The translations under genes were made by a program, and so were the position numbers. The notes below the pieces were generated by a model. The model made no database searches and had not been told where the DNA came from. It was given only the letters and a program-made list of their open reading frames with translations. A stretch of DNA of 62,145 nucleotides, filler included, from Basidiobolus ranarum (lineage: Eukaryota), in the NCBI GenBank assembly GCA_040143965.1. It is 23 parts of 23 records of this genome, joined end to end, with 100 filler letters (N's around TTAATTAATTAA, not from the genome) between each part and the next. Parts side by side here need not be neighbours in the genome. Positions count along the whole stretch, not along the records: positions 46,058 to 48,656 come from JASJQH010003158.1; positions 48,757 to 51,354 come from JASJQH010003159.1; positions 51,455 to 54,052 come from JASJQH010003160.1; positions 54,153 to 56,750 come from JASJQH010003161.1; positions 56,851 to 59,448 come from JASJQH010003162.1; positions 59,549 to 62,145 come from JASJQH010003163.1; 17 more parts are not named here. One strand, 5' to 3'. This document shows positions 46,925 to 59,723 of the stretch, in pieces. Each line of letters opens with the position of its first letter. The stretch's first letter is position 1.

Positions 46925-48286
46925 CTAAAATTAATAGAGCAGAGAGAAAGTATCTAACTATTATACCATTTAAAGGATATGAATTCAGATTTAATAAAAT
47001 TATTTTTAGCAGATAGAAACAGCCTTGCGTTTACAAGAAGAGTATTACAGTTGCAGTAGTTTTTCAAAGATGATATAATGCGATGAAATGAAAAATAAGT
47101 GCAACTTTGTGAGATTGTGAGGTCATAACTAAGGCTAGAGCTCAACTATTGATAATAAAATATCTCGTGGCACTACAAGAGTCAGTTATTTTGTAGCAAG
47201 CTCTTACATCTTTCTAGGCATCATTTCCATTATAAACAATCCGCATATATATATGTATATATATACATAAACACTATTTAAAGCTCTTTGTACGGTAAAT
47301 GCTTTCAATAAAGCTCTATGTGCTTTGACACTAGTTCGTAAATGCGTCTTAAGAGCATTGATAATATTCACTATGAGGATACACTGTTGTGCCCTTACGT
47401 GTCACTCCCCAGGATATCTGAGAGCCATTATTTTTATAGAATAAATAGTGAAAGTTCTCTCTACAGTAGTCTATGTATACCTGTGAATTTCCCTTCCATC
47501 GGTAAATCAGTAGAGCATTTAACAGTTTGAATTCACTAACCTAAGTTTCCGTGAGAGGTGAGACATTCGCTCCATATACGATTTAAACGAAGCACTATTG
47601 GTCCTTGCCTAAAAAATACATGGCAAGTTGACAGCAACGAGAAGGTTAGGCTGACTGAGGCCACTGGAAGATAGATGTACTTCTTCAATGAGAAGCTCCG
47701 TTTCCGCCGAGTCTGGCTCCAGTTGATAGTTAAAGTGTTTTTTATCCATCTTATTTTCTGCTGCTTTCAACCAATTTTCACAAATTTTTATTTTGGAAAG
47801 TCCATTGCATACATGTGACTATATTTCACACCTCATCCACCTGTCACTCATCGCGATTGTCAGATTGAACAAATCTAGATCCATCGTTCTTCACTTTCGG
47901 GAGCTGAACCACGTTTCTTGTCAATGCTCCCTCACCAATTTTATGCCAATCAAAAATAGACGTAACTGATCCCATTAATTATCAAACCATTGCAGGGAAA
48001 GATTTTTAATTTGTTCACCTCGAAGAAGTAGAGATCACTACTAACCCAATATGTCCGTAGGTTGCACTAATATTTGTTTCTTGATTGGGAAAAGTAGTAA
48101 TGCATGGTGTTAAATATTGTCCAATAATCAGTTACTAGAATCCGATATATATATATTAATAAGGTAAATTGTGTATTAATTAAAGGAATTTCAAAATTTG
48201 CAGAGCCGCCTTACATTATCTCAACTATTGATAAATATGCTCAGATGTGATGATCCCTGACCCAATGGAACTACATATTTTATCAA

Positions 48287-48655
48287 TCACAAGTTACTGC
48301 GAGGCCTGCATTCATTCTCAAAGTACTCTTTTACGTCTTTGCGGATTTTTAATGCGCACCCATACGCAAGGGTATAACCAGAGCCTCCATGACCGTAATT
48401 ATGAAAGATCTTAAGGTTCTTATCATCTTGACCTACGCATGGCTCATCGCGGAATGGTCGAATTCCGACTCGGTAATAATAATCAGGGAATTCAGCCTTG
48501 GCTAAGTCTGGGTGTAAATTGACGCATCCAACTTTCAGTTTTCCCAGGTACTGATGCTCTTTTTCATTCCACTCAAGTGTTTCTTGACCCATTTGCGCAT
48601 AACCACCAAGAATAAGAATATCATCGTTTCTTGGTACGATGAACTCGAATCTTCC
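48287..48655 (-). CDS. D-amino-acid oxidase family FAD oxidoreductase, 3' part
   Basis: FIVPRNDDILILGG...RVGIRPFR...IFHNYGHGGSGYTLAYGCA; the C-terminal SNL resembles a PTS1 variant. Confidence 0.9.
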   Translation of the reverse strand, partial: GRFEFIVPRNDDILILGGYAQMGQETLEWNEKEHQYLGKLKVGCVNLHPDLAKAEFPDYYYRVGIRPFRDEPCVGQDDKNLKIFHNYGHGGSGYTLAYGCALKIRKDVKEYFENECRPRSNL

Positions 48656-48756
48656 TNNNNNNNNNNNNNNNNNNNNNNNNNNNNNNNNNNNNNNNNNNNN
48701 TTAATTAATTAANNNNNNNNNNNNNNNNNNNNNNNNNNNNNNNNNNNNNNNNNNNN

Positions 48757-49276
48757 ATTGTTTTCTTCTCCTACAACAGTGTCCCAAAGTCCTTTTTCTT
48801 GCAGCAGCATTTTCATTTTAATTTTCCAAACTTGATAATTGGTTCCAACCAATTTTTCAGAAGAGGGAAAAGTTCCATAAATTTGAGAAGTAGACATTAC
48901 AGCAAGTGCAAGCTTGAGGCTCATAACCTGTTAAAGTATTTAGGAGCCTGTTGGAAGTGGTTTAGAGAGTTAGAAGAAATTGGTGGTTGTCACTTATTGA
49001 TTCATTGATTAAAGAGTTGACATTCATAGTTTTGTCAAGATGTAAAAAAACTAACATGTAGAATATGTTAAGGAAGGTCCCAGGAACATGTGTGCAAATC
49101 CTGGGGCTTCTTGCACAAGTTTAAAAGTCTAAATATCTGATAATTTCTAATTTGGTAAAAAAATTTTAAGTAAATTCCAACTGAGAATTATTGATAATAT
49201 CCTACTGAATTATAAGATAACTAAACACTAAGTTATATATGACTATATAGGTGTTTAGGCAATGCTAATTTCAAAA
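48757..49276 (-). mobile_element. Copia family A 5' end: LTR-A 48929-49276, PBS 48916-48928, gag from 48924
   Basis: GGTTATGAGCCTC; MSLKLALAVMSTSQIYGTFPSSEKLVGTNYQVWKIKMKMLLQEKGLWDTV. Confidence 0.93.
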
Positions 49277-50113
49277 GATGTTACCATGTAAGTAAGTACA
49301 CCAGTTGGAAGAGTTCTAAATGCAGAAGTTTATCCAACACCTGGCACCTCTCAACAAGCCAAAACACTGGCAAATAGAACTCATGGCTCTCCAACCTCAA
49401 CTGATACTTTTTGTAGTGTTGAAATTAGCCCAAAACTTAAAGGCAAGCAAAAAGCCACACAAACACCACAAAGCACCCTTGGTAGTGTCACACTACAAGG
49501 ATGTATAAAAATAGTAAAAGTGCTTGAGGAGTATTTTCAAAAGTATGAAAGGGAAAATGCAGTGCAAGTATGCAGAAAGTGGCTTTGGAAGAAGAATATT
49601 CAAGTTGACATTCAGTCTGGTGTTGACCACAGAGATATCTGGGAAGAACTTAATACAGAGTGGCAAAATATTATAGGTTATCAACCAGATAGCTGGAAGA
49701 ATGTTGACTCAGCAATGTTAATACAATGGTGGGCTTTGATGGAGATATTGATACAAACTTGTGTTGGATATGAGCTTAACCTTGGGTATGAAGAACTCTA
49801 TAAGAATATTCAGGAGAATATATCAAAGAAACTAGGGATTTGAAAGGTGACAAACAGCATTCAGGTGGTAAATGTATAAAATTTGAGTTATGTTTTTTGC
49901 ACATATGTTATTCCATAGTTTTCTGAGATTATAGCCAATCATGTGCAACTATTTTGTGATGTCATGAAATTTAACTCCTGAAACTGAAAAATTTGATTAA
50001 AATCAAAGCTAACTTGATGATTTTATGATGGTAAGTAAGTAAGTGGTCAGTCCAAAATGGATTCAAATTGTGATGGTTTTGTTAAAATATCAATCCTTAA
50101 GTTTCTGTTAGGG
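49277..50113 (+). mobile_element. CMC accessory ORF 3' half and left terminus (...TTTCTGTTAGGG)
   Basis: ORF 49520-49843 is homologous to 23617-23930. Confidence 0.87.
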
Positions 50114-50512
50114 ACAATATTACACAGAGCATCATTTCACCACAGGTGCACTCCATTGGGAACTCCCAGAATATATAGCAAGGGCCTATAATCTCTAAGC
50201 ATTGTGAAAGATGTAGCAGGGAATTTATTGATTACCAACATAGATTCAGTCTATCTTCTTTAAACCTGTAATAGAATTTCTTCATATCCAATTACAAAAT
50301 CTTTGCACAGTTGCTGTATCTGCCTGAGATCTGCCAATTTGAGTTAATGCCATAACATTATATTAACAATATCTACAAACAACTCCCAATGTTGCCAATA
50401 CTTATCAGGCAGAAATCTTTTCATGATTCCACTTGAATATATATAAATCCAACACTTCCAGTCTTTGCACTTGAATAAATGCCTAGATGAGTGGTTATTG
50501 ATGGGTGTTCTG
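50114..50512 (-). mobile_element. CMC transposase core fragment (DUF4218-like region)
   Basis: FKCKDWKCWIYIYS...FLPDKYWQHWELFV...FVIGYEE...YYRFKEDRLNLC...SLLHLSQCLEIIGPCYIFWEFPMECTCG, the typical LLHL..GP..W.FPMER pattern. Confidence 0.85.
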
Positions 50513-50519
50513 ATAAAGT

Positions 50520-50670
50520 ATGATATATATCTGAGAACTTCTAAGTTGGTAAGAATATTCTAAGTAAATTCCAATTGAGAATAATGGGTAATATCTTAGT
50601 GAAATATAAGATAACTAAGTACTAAGCTATATGTGACTATATAGATGTTTAGGCAATGCTAATTTCAACA
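50520..50670 (-). repeat. Partial LTR-A
   Basis: Matches the 5' part of the LTR-A consensus. Confidence 0.85.
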
Positions 50671-51111
50671 AAATCAGTAATGGTACATTATGGTAGGATT
50701 CCCTCTCTTTTGGAGAAAAGACATCAGTGGAAGTATGCTGATTGAATGGTGGATTCTTTTTGAGCTGCTTGTACAATGTAACAAGGGGGATGTTGCTCTT
50801 CATGCAGTGGTTGAATGTTCCATAGAAGAGCAGCTACATTATGACACAATAGAATGAGTATAGATCAAAGTATTTTATTGTGCTCTGAAATGGTCTTCAT
50901 ATCATAAGTGAGAAGATTTTACAAAGATTATTAGCAGATTATAAATGAACAATCTGGTAGTGACAAATTGAATGGCCTGCAAATCAATTTCTCATAGTTA
51001 GAAATCAGTTTTCCTCTTAATTTGTGAAGGGACTACAATGGCTGATTAGTTTACGAGACTATTTAGTAATGGGCAAGAGTTGAAATAAGCTTATCCAATC
51101 ATCTGTATTAT

Positions 51112-51354
51112 AATATATATAACTTAGTATTTAATTATTTCATATTTCAGTAAGATATCACCCCCTATTCCTAATCAGAATTTACTTGGAATATTTTGAC
51201 CAATTTTGAAGTTCTCAAATATAAAGATTCTTTTAAACTTGTCCTAGAGGCCCCAAGCTTTGCACATAAGTTTCTGGGACCTTCATTAACACATTCTACA
51301 TATTGGTTTGCTTACCTCTTGACAAAACTCTACATGTCAACTTTCTACCCAATA
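51112..51354 (+). repeat. Partial LTR-A
   Basis: Matches the internal part of the LTR-A consensus. Confidence 0.85.
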
Positions 51355-51454
51355 NNNNNNNNNNNNNNNNNNNNNNNNNNNNNNNNNNNNNNNNNNNNTT
51401 AATTAATTAANNNNNNNNNNNNNNNNNNNNNNNNNNNNNNNNNNNNNNNNNNNN

Positions 51455-51581
51455 TGTTAGTTTGCTTACATCTTGACAAAATTATAAATGTCAACTTTCT
51501 ACTCAATAAATCAATAAGTGAAAACCACCAATTCCTCTAATTCTCCAAACCACTTCCAACAGGCTTCCAAATACTTTAGCA
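51455..51581 (+). repeat. Partial LTR-A (3' part)
   Basis: ...CCACTTCCAACAGGCTTCCAAATACTTTAGCA. Confidence 0.85.
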
Positions 51582-51674
51582 CTAACTTGGCTTATTATTT
51601 ATTGACTTTGTTTAAATTGATAAATGAATATTACACCTTCTGGTGTTTATCATCCCCCTAACCCCTAATGGTCA

Positions 51675-52163
51675 GCCATTTACCAAGTGTCAGTACTATT
51701 CAAAATTTCAGATGTTCAGCAATTTTTCCATTGTTAGTTTGCCAGTAAAGCATATTGATATTATTGAGTTTTGTCTTATCAGTCAAGTATGTAAATATGT
51801 ATAGACTAAAACAAGGAGTTTGATGTATTTTTTGATTCTCATTATGGCTGGAATAGAAAGCCTAAAATATCTATATAAATCCATGCATATTAATTCAAAT
51901 TCCTTCAGCAGTAAACCCAGTTATTTGCATTCAAAAAATGGTTTTTTGCAAAAATTATTGGAAATTAAATAATGCATGCCAAATATGAGGATCAATATTT
52001 TACCATATATGAATACTGTCAAATCACTGTCAAGAGGTCACCATCTCATTGTTGAAATCCCTGGCAGAATGCAAGCCACTGGTATTGTGATGGTTCTCTG
52101 ATGCTTTTGCAATCTAGAAGGGTGGATCTGTTCTGGATCAAATCAATTTAATTTTTGTTAGGG
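51675..52163 (+). mobile_element. CMC transposase C-terminus and right end
   Basis: Homologous to 44115-44609; ends TTTTTGTTAGGG. Confidence 0.85.
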
Positions 52164-53896
52164 ATACACAAGCTAAGAAAATGCTGACTTATATTGCTAA
52201 CTAAAATATATTGTTACTGATGAAGCAAAAACAACACTATTCTACCATCATAATGGTACTTTAATTATTCAAACAATGAGTTGCTTGAAACAACAAGCAT
52301 TTATGTGGGTTCTACTCAAGTCAAAGGTGATGGACAAATTTGGAGAGATGTAGCTATATTTTATGCAGTGCCCAGTTTAACAGTATTGCAAAACTTAAAG
52401 AAGTTACTTTTGGCATAATTCAATGGATCTTATCCATATGTTAATAGGTTTTGTCACATCAATATTATATAACTGCAAAAGTGGTAAATGGAAAAGGAAG
52501 CAGAATTGACAACTACAAGCAGGGGAATAATATATCAAGTGTGAATAAATATACATGTGTTCTTAGAATATGCATTTACTTTAATTCTAATGTAATGTAG
52601 AAAGAATATTTTTTTACTAAACAAATATAACTCTCTCACTCATAGCAGCATCTACCCCCGCACTATAACACACCATAACACGTATGTAACTCTGCATTCT
52701 TAGTGGTGACATATTGCAAACTAGTAACCGCTATAGCAGCACTTTCATAGACCAAGGTATGAGAAAAATCCGATCTCCGATATAGCTTCCCAATTTTGAC
52801 TTGTTCGAAGTACAACTAAACATACACAGAGAACTAGTTCCACTGTACCAATGACCTATGGGGACACAATTAAAGAAGTGGGTTCTGTCTATACGAAATG
52901 TTTTATGATTATTTTGCTCTAGCCTCCAGTCCCTGTAATAAACTTATATTACGGAATGCAAAATAACTCATACATCAGACAACTATCATTTGCAGTTATT
53001 CCACAAGTTATGTTTGTCACGGTTGTTGTACTCGCTCTGAAAGTAACAACAAATGGATCAAGGAAAAGGAAATTGATAAGGAATTTTTTGGGATATATTG
53101 AAATAAATGAATTGATAAACTAAGTTAAGCTAAGAACAAATAGAATTGCTATTTAATAACTCGCCTACCCAAAGTGGCTTAGAAAGTATGGATTTGGATT
53201 AGCTCAAACGCTAACCCCATTATTCAACATTATTCACCATTTATGTATATATTAGATGATGTTAAAAGCCCATCAACTCTGCGGTGGTGCCAATTGGGTA
53301 GATCTAGGGATTCAGCTCCTACATATATTGAAAGAAGTGAAGTTTAAGTTTACTGGGATTCTGGCGCCAGGATTTAGAATTACAGAAATTTGCGCTGGCT
53401 GTATCTGTAACCAACAATTTTTATTCAATGATATTGGGAAGGAATTTAGTACATTAGGACATCCTTAACAAAAAATGATTGAGCTTTGCTCTCAAGCACC
53501 TCATATCACTACTCTCTAAAGTTATCTTGACTAAACATTCAATGGGAAAGCTGTCGAGAGGAAAGCTGCGTCAATGATATGAAAAAGCAGAATTCAGAGA
53601 ATAAAGGTTTTGAAATACATATTTTATTTCAAATATCATAATAACTGAGGTTTCATCTATATGGGTTTCGTACTACTTAAATTTTGCAAAATATATTTTC
53701 TTCATGGAAATATTCAAACTCTTCGAGTAGATCCCAACCCTGATTCCTACTCGGTTATAAAAGCCAACTGGGTGAGTTATTAATAAAGGATTTATTCAAG
53801 CATAGTGCTACCAAATAGGTGCTGCCAAATAGGGTAAATTAGTTTGATACTAATTTCTTACCGAAAATAAGGAAAAAAGCTAATCGGTAGACTCTT

Positions 53897-54052
53897 CTAA
53901 AGGAAATAAAGCTCAGAATCACACCCTGGACCAAAATGGATGTCCCAGTATTTGACATGTGCGGCAGGATTCATGGGAAACTGGCCAGCGTTGCAATGTA
54001 AATCTTCAACAATGGTTCCATTGACTATATCATGGCAATCAACTGTAACTTC
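53897..54052 (-). CDS. 3' end of an unidentified gene
   Basis: Frame open from the contig edge: EVTVDCHDIVNG...KYWDIHFGPGCDSELYFL*, followed by an AT-rich UTR-like region. Confidence 0.45.
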   Translation of the reverse strand, partial: EVTVDCHDIVNGTIVEDLHCNAGQFPMNPAAHVKYWDIHFGPGCDSELYFL

Positions 54053-56850
54053 NNNNNNNNNNNNNNNNNNNNNNNNNNNNNNNNNNNNNNNNNNNNTTAA
54101 TTAATTAANNNNNNNNNNNNNNNNNNNNNNNNNNNNNNNNNNNNNNNNNNNNAACACCAAGTCTGGCAGCCTGAAAATGTTTCTATCTACTCTATTTTGG
54201 CAAACCTACATGATCCTCAAGCTTATATTAGTAAATTCTAATCAGCAACTATCTTCTTTTGACTAATTACAAGACTATGCACTTTACTGATGCTTGGTTT
54301 TGGTGATGTTTTAACATTGGTATCACTTTTGTCATAAGCCTAATGTATGACTGCTTTCAAAGAATGTCACTCTGGCTTCTTCTCACCTCTGGCTGTAGAC
54401 ATTATTGTACAACCCAGTCATGATTTGATAATGTATGATATCTTCCTATCAGTCTTTCTATCAATAAAACACTCTGACCTAATGCACTGATAGTATTGAG
54501 GGACTAAGGGAGTTTGTGGAAGTGATGCTGAGAATAGGAAGGAAATATTGCTTCCCAAATATTAATTTATCCAACGCAAAAGTAATATTTGTGGTTCTGT
54601 CCACAGATAGAGAGAAAATATACAGATACAGTCTTATTGTGATGTATTTATATTGTATATACCTGTTAGTTGAGGAATATGGTCCATGATTTGATTATTT
54701 CTAAGCCTAACTGATATTAAAATCCAAGTGATAGAAGTTGATATATTAAACAAGCTGTGGTAAGCATGATAGTAGGCCTGTGCTAAGAATTTACTGAGGC
54801 AAAAGCTGACTGTCTTGTCCAAAATATCTGAAATAGTGAGCTAGCTGTATTTCTAACTTTTTTCAATTCAAGGTCCTAAAATCTTATAAAGGTTATTTGT
54901 GTGTAAAGATTCTACCTATTTGCCCCATTTATTTAGCCTTGCTATGATACTAGTATAGCAAGGCTGTCAAAAGTTATGTTTAACCAATCTTCGACACACA
55001 GAAATGGCCAGTTTTCACAATTGTGTGCTTCTAACTTATGTAGAACATATCCAACATATCTGATCAAAAGCCTGAGCCAATAAATTTATGGATTTGAAAA
55101 TTAAATAAAGTGAGCTACACATAAGTTTGTATTACCCCGTCTTCCATGAATCAGATTCTAATTGAGAATGGTGAGCAAGTGTCCATATCTTATTGCATCC
55201 CTGTAGTTAATAATAAGGGAAGTTGGCTTTATGTTCAGCCTAAAGGGGAAGATAAGTTTGCTGCCAAGACTTTTCAATATACCAATCACCCTGGTACTTA
55301 TAATGAAACCATCAACCATCACCATGTTCATCAGATTCAGAACTGGCCCTTGACTTATTCAAGCTTTAGTTTTGTTTGTTAAATTCACTACCTTAACTCA
55401 TATTGTTGTGGAGGTGGAATGCAACCAGAAGCCGCAAAACAAACCTCTTCTGTTAAGCAGCCAACAAGCAAAGAAGCTCAAACCGAGCCAGTTCCTCTGT
55501 TCAAGAAAGTGTTTACTACGATTACCACAAAGAATGCTATCTGAATATTGATGGGCAAGCCAATTTTGACCTCAAGTACCAATTGAGACCTAGCATTGAA
55601 GTGGAAGCCAGCGGTATAAAATCTGATCAGAGAGAGGTTGTCAATTCTAGATCAAATGAAGATGGTAATATCACACCAGGAGTGTATAAAATGAGCGTAT
55701 GAAATGAGGGTATGAAATGCCACAAGATACTGAAAGTGAGATGGAAATGGCTCCAACACCACCAGCGGATGATTCTGCCTCCGAAGATGCCTTACTACCT
55801 CAAGCATCAGATTTAGGGTTCAACCACGAGAGTACAGCAAATAGATGACACAGGTTCAGCGAACACTATACCCTTCGTTCTACCCTTGCGGTTAGTGAAC
55901 ACCTCCTGGCCAGTCTTTACCTCAACAGGCGTAACCTAATTAGGTCCAAGGGAATTCAGCACAAGCAGACCATGCTCTGTCCGATTCGATCAAACATTAT
56001 TTCAGCTTTCGCGGCCCATTGAACAAGAACAGCCTTCTTCACCAGAAAAAGCTGATGATGTCTTGGGTGTAATTTTGAATATGATTCGTGATTTACTAAT
56101 AATTTTCCCTCATCAAATAATTCCCTTGTATTCATTAATATCAAGCATGAAGCAATAAATCATCTAAAGCTCCAAATCATAAACAATCCTATCAATTTCT
56201 TCTACATAGGCCCTACTAAATTTTAAAGGTATTGAGATTCATACTCGTCTTGTCCCAACCATGTTATCTGTATATCTTCAAGTGCGACAATATAACCCTC
56301 CAATCAGGCAAAGTAAGAGGGCATTCAATAAATACTTCAGTAAGTAATAAGAATCAAAGTATTTCTTTTACTTGCCATCCCGAATATATAAAACGACTTG
56401 ACCTAGTCTGCAGCCAGATCTCTCACGTAGTCATCAAGCAGCTTCACTATCCATTCATATTCGGATATGCATTTACTACCAACGATGAAGATAGTATCTA
56501 CGTGAAGGTGTGACATTCTTGTGTGCAATCTTTGTGTAATATACTTGAATAAGCGTAACACGAGTCATTCTGTCAATGCTACCATCCGTGCTACCGTCAA
56601 TCTCGTACTGATATTTATGAAAACCAAGTACTCGGTAGATTAGTGTAAGATCAAATTATATGCTAATAAATTAATAGATAATATCATATTAATCAATAAC
56701 TCAATGTTATAAGTTTGATATAACCATCTTTGCTAATATATATACAAATGNNNNNNNNNNNNNNNNNNNNNNNNNNNNNNNNNNNNNNNNNNNNTTAATT
56801 AATTAANNNNNNNNNNNNNNNNNNNNNNNNNNNNNNNNNNNNNNNNNNNN

Positions 56851-57167
56851 AAATTTACGCCTACAACGCTGGGCAACTTAAAGACAATATCATTTGCAAT
56901 GATTTTGAATGCGGTGCTGATTGTGGCGCGTACATTTGCACACACCTCTGGGCTGGCGTCACAGCGAAAGGTACCAATTGATAAGATCGACTCATTTTGG
57001 AACAGTTCGGAAGATATATTTCGAATGGCACAGGGTATTGCGATCCTGTGTAGTCTCCGCGTGGGGTCTGGAAGATCTAAACATATGGCGTCATTTATGA
57101 TTTGTTGGCTAGCGACTCTCAAGGAGAGCAAGAAGCATAAAGTCCATATTTGAATAACAGGCTTCAT
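56851..57167 (-). CDS. 5' part of a predicted secreted protein
   Basis: Signal-peptide-like MKPVIQIWTLCFLLSLRVASQ; Cys-containing domain FRCDASPEVCANVR; open to the contig end. Confidence 0.7.
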
Positions 57168-59188
57168 AGTCTTGATTTCACTGTGAGCTTGGATCGACCA
57201 AGGCCTATTCTTATATGATGAGATTCGCTGGTTTCTTTGATATACCATGCCATGGCATGTTAATTGGTCACTTCATTGTTACTCGGAAGGGAGGATATCT
57301 GTATTTATCACTAAACAATAGAATATGTACCTGCCACCATTCTTATTCCGAACGATAGCTACTCCTTTTCAAGCGATTATCATTAGCCAAATCATGCGGT
57401 AGCTACAATTGAATAGAACCTTGATTTGTACATCTAGTAACTGAGGTATTTCCATGATTCTGAAATGTCAGAAAAAAATGATGCATAAAAGTTCCGAAGG
57501 CCTTGATCGTCCCGGAAGTCTCTCCTATTGTCCACATACATGAGATGAAGACACTTGCTCTTTTATCAATTAAATTCTTACTATCATCCACTTTGACAAT
57601 GGCTACTATTGTTTGTAGTTTTAGATACCGAAATTCCCTCTTGAAGGGATTTCAAGATAAATTTCGTATCTATGACGTATGATGCTATTTATCTGGCAAT
57701 AAGCTCCTCCCGGGACTGTGTAAATAGAGGCTGCTCAATATCACTGGCGTCAAAACCATCAACGTAGAACCAGAGGGCAGTCTAGTGTTTAGTTGTGTCC
57801 TTCATAGCTCATTGATGGGCTTTTTCCAGTCAAAAAGAAACTTTCTTGACAGTAATGCGCTCCTAGATATACAGTGTTTGGGAATTCGCTGTACTATTTA
57901 TAGGCCGCAGACATCAAATCAAGCCATGTGAATCTTTTGAAGATGGTCGACCCATAGCGCTCTGTCAATACATCTTTCTGAAGTTCGCTGTGAGACAAAT
58001 TCGTATTATAAATTGTGTTGATAAGCTAGGGCTTCTCGCAACGACTTTCATTCCTAATTTCAAGTAAATGTTCTTGAAATCAGAGAAGAATGATCCTCCC
58101 ACGATGGGCAGAAGGATCCGAGTTCAAGGTGTATTTCGTGTAACCGATTGGTGACTGGCCGTTATATTAAAAACCTGGCAGATCCATGGTGTAGTGGAAG
58201 AACTAGACTATTGTGGGGTGCATATTTTGCGACTGCTTAGAATCAATCAAACACACTAGAGCTCCTGAAACAATCAGTAAAGCAGACCGGGTTGGTATTC
58301 GTTAATACTGCAAGTGCAAAATTTAGTTTAATCTGATGCTTCCGAATGTATTGGACAATAAAGAGTGACGCAGAGAGCCGTGTTTGTAAATTCAATGTTT
58401 AAAAGGCTCAAGTCATAGCTCATTATTTGCACATACATGATGCACACTCTAAAACACTGTGAGGACGAGCTTTCGTGTTCAAGAGAGCCTGACTACTGCA
58501 TTTTTAGTGACTACTCGTAAGCACGTGCATAAGCAAACATCTACTTAAGTATAGATGTATATAGACCATGTACAGCTATCGTCACCGTTGAAGCTGTTAT
58601 ACTTTCATCATCAGACAATCCTTTTTTCTTATCTTAGAAAAGTTCTTAGGCCTGTAGGGGGTTGGAACATATGGTTAGATCATCATTCTATCCAGTGATC
58701 TGAACAAAGGTGGTGAGATGGATCAAAGCCATACTGTTGTGTCGAGTGATGACACCATTCAAGCCATCAACGCTAACAATATTTCAGAGATCTACACTTT
58801 GTGGAGGGGTGTTTTGTGATTGTGTTCAGTATGCTGTTAAATCTAAGCGGAGCATGACTTATTGTAATTCCGCAGATAACTGCAGCACGTTACAAGATAG
58901 ACTGGCCTAGCTCTATTGTAAGCTGAGTAATGTATCCGTGAACTCATGGAAAGGCAGTTCATGGAAAGGGATTTCGATGTATCAACCACGTCATGGCCAT
59001 GGACAAGAAAAAATCCCCACTTCCGAACTCTGCATTTCCACCCGCCAGTTATCTTGCATTTTGTTGTCCGGGTTTATTTACACTCGCATGAGCCAAGTAA
59101 TTTCCGACTCTCCATTTAGCCACTTAAGTATGGCTCCTATCCAAAGAATTGTATGTGGATGGTTGACTTGCAGACCATTTGAGATTCA

Positions 59189-59448
59189 ATGACGCGATTA
59201 TCTAGGGTAGTTTATCTTGGGTTGATTTCTGTAGCTTTGGGCGCACCATTAGATATACAGACACCCACCTCCTCTGACCAACTGCCAACCACCCCCAACC
59301 CAGCCTCTACTGTCAATGCCGCTGTCACTTACACCCCCAAAAACTTCGAAGTACAAGCTGGAGGGCTAATTGGGATTGGTGTGGCTTTCTTGCTGATCAT
59401 CGCCTTTGCTGCTTGGAAATATTCATGGTTTGGTGTCTGTCGAAGCAA
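59189..59448 (+). CDS. 5' part of a small single-pass membrane or secreted protein
   Basis: Signal peptide (MTRLSRVVYLGLISVALGAP), T/P/S-rich stalk, TM helix GLIGIGVAFLLIIAFAAW. Confidence 0.72.
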
Positions 59449-59548
59449 NNNNNNNNNNNNNNNNNNNNNNNNNNNNNNNNNNNNNNNNNNNNTTAATTAA
59501 TTAANNNNNNNNNNNNNNNNNNNNNNNNNNNNNNNNNNNNNNNNNNNN

Positions 59549-59723
59549 AAAGATAGCTAATTTTACTCCCACAGATGTTTTGAACACAACCCCAATGTTA
59601 GTTTTCTGTATTTCCATCATCATATATAAATGCTTTATTTCTGGACAATAATTAATTATCTCACAAAGCTATTCACAACTCCACTTTTCTAAAGTTCCTC
59701 CAAACAGCCCATATTTTGCCAAT
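59549..59723 (+). repeat. LTR-D 3' part
   Basis: Aligns with the reverse complement of 27687-27860. Confidence 0.8.

Noticed and set aside
46709-46957. 82-aa plus-strand ORF or Gly-rich frame
   Set aside because: Low-complexity; better explained as the antisense of a Pro-rich segment, which is itself uncertain.
54153-56750. Contig 21: CpG-poor left part and coding-like fragments at 55146-55900
   Set aside because: Possibly an old transposon plus a decayed gene, but no diagnostic motif was recognised.
2617-59548. Regularly spaced TTAATTAATTAA palindromes every ~2.7 kb (array- or CRISPR-like periodicity)
   Set aside because: Artificial linkers in N runs joining size-sorted contigs. ORFs ending in X..LIN are artefacts, and cross-linker gene neighbourhoods mean nothing.
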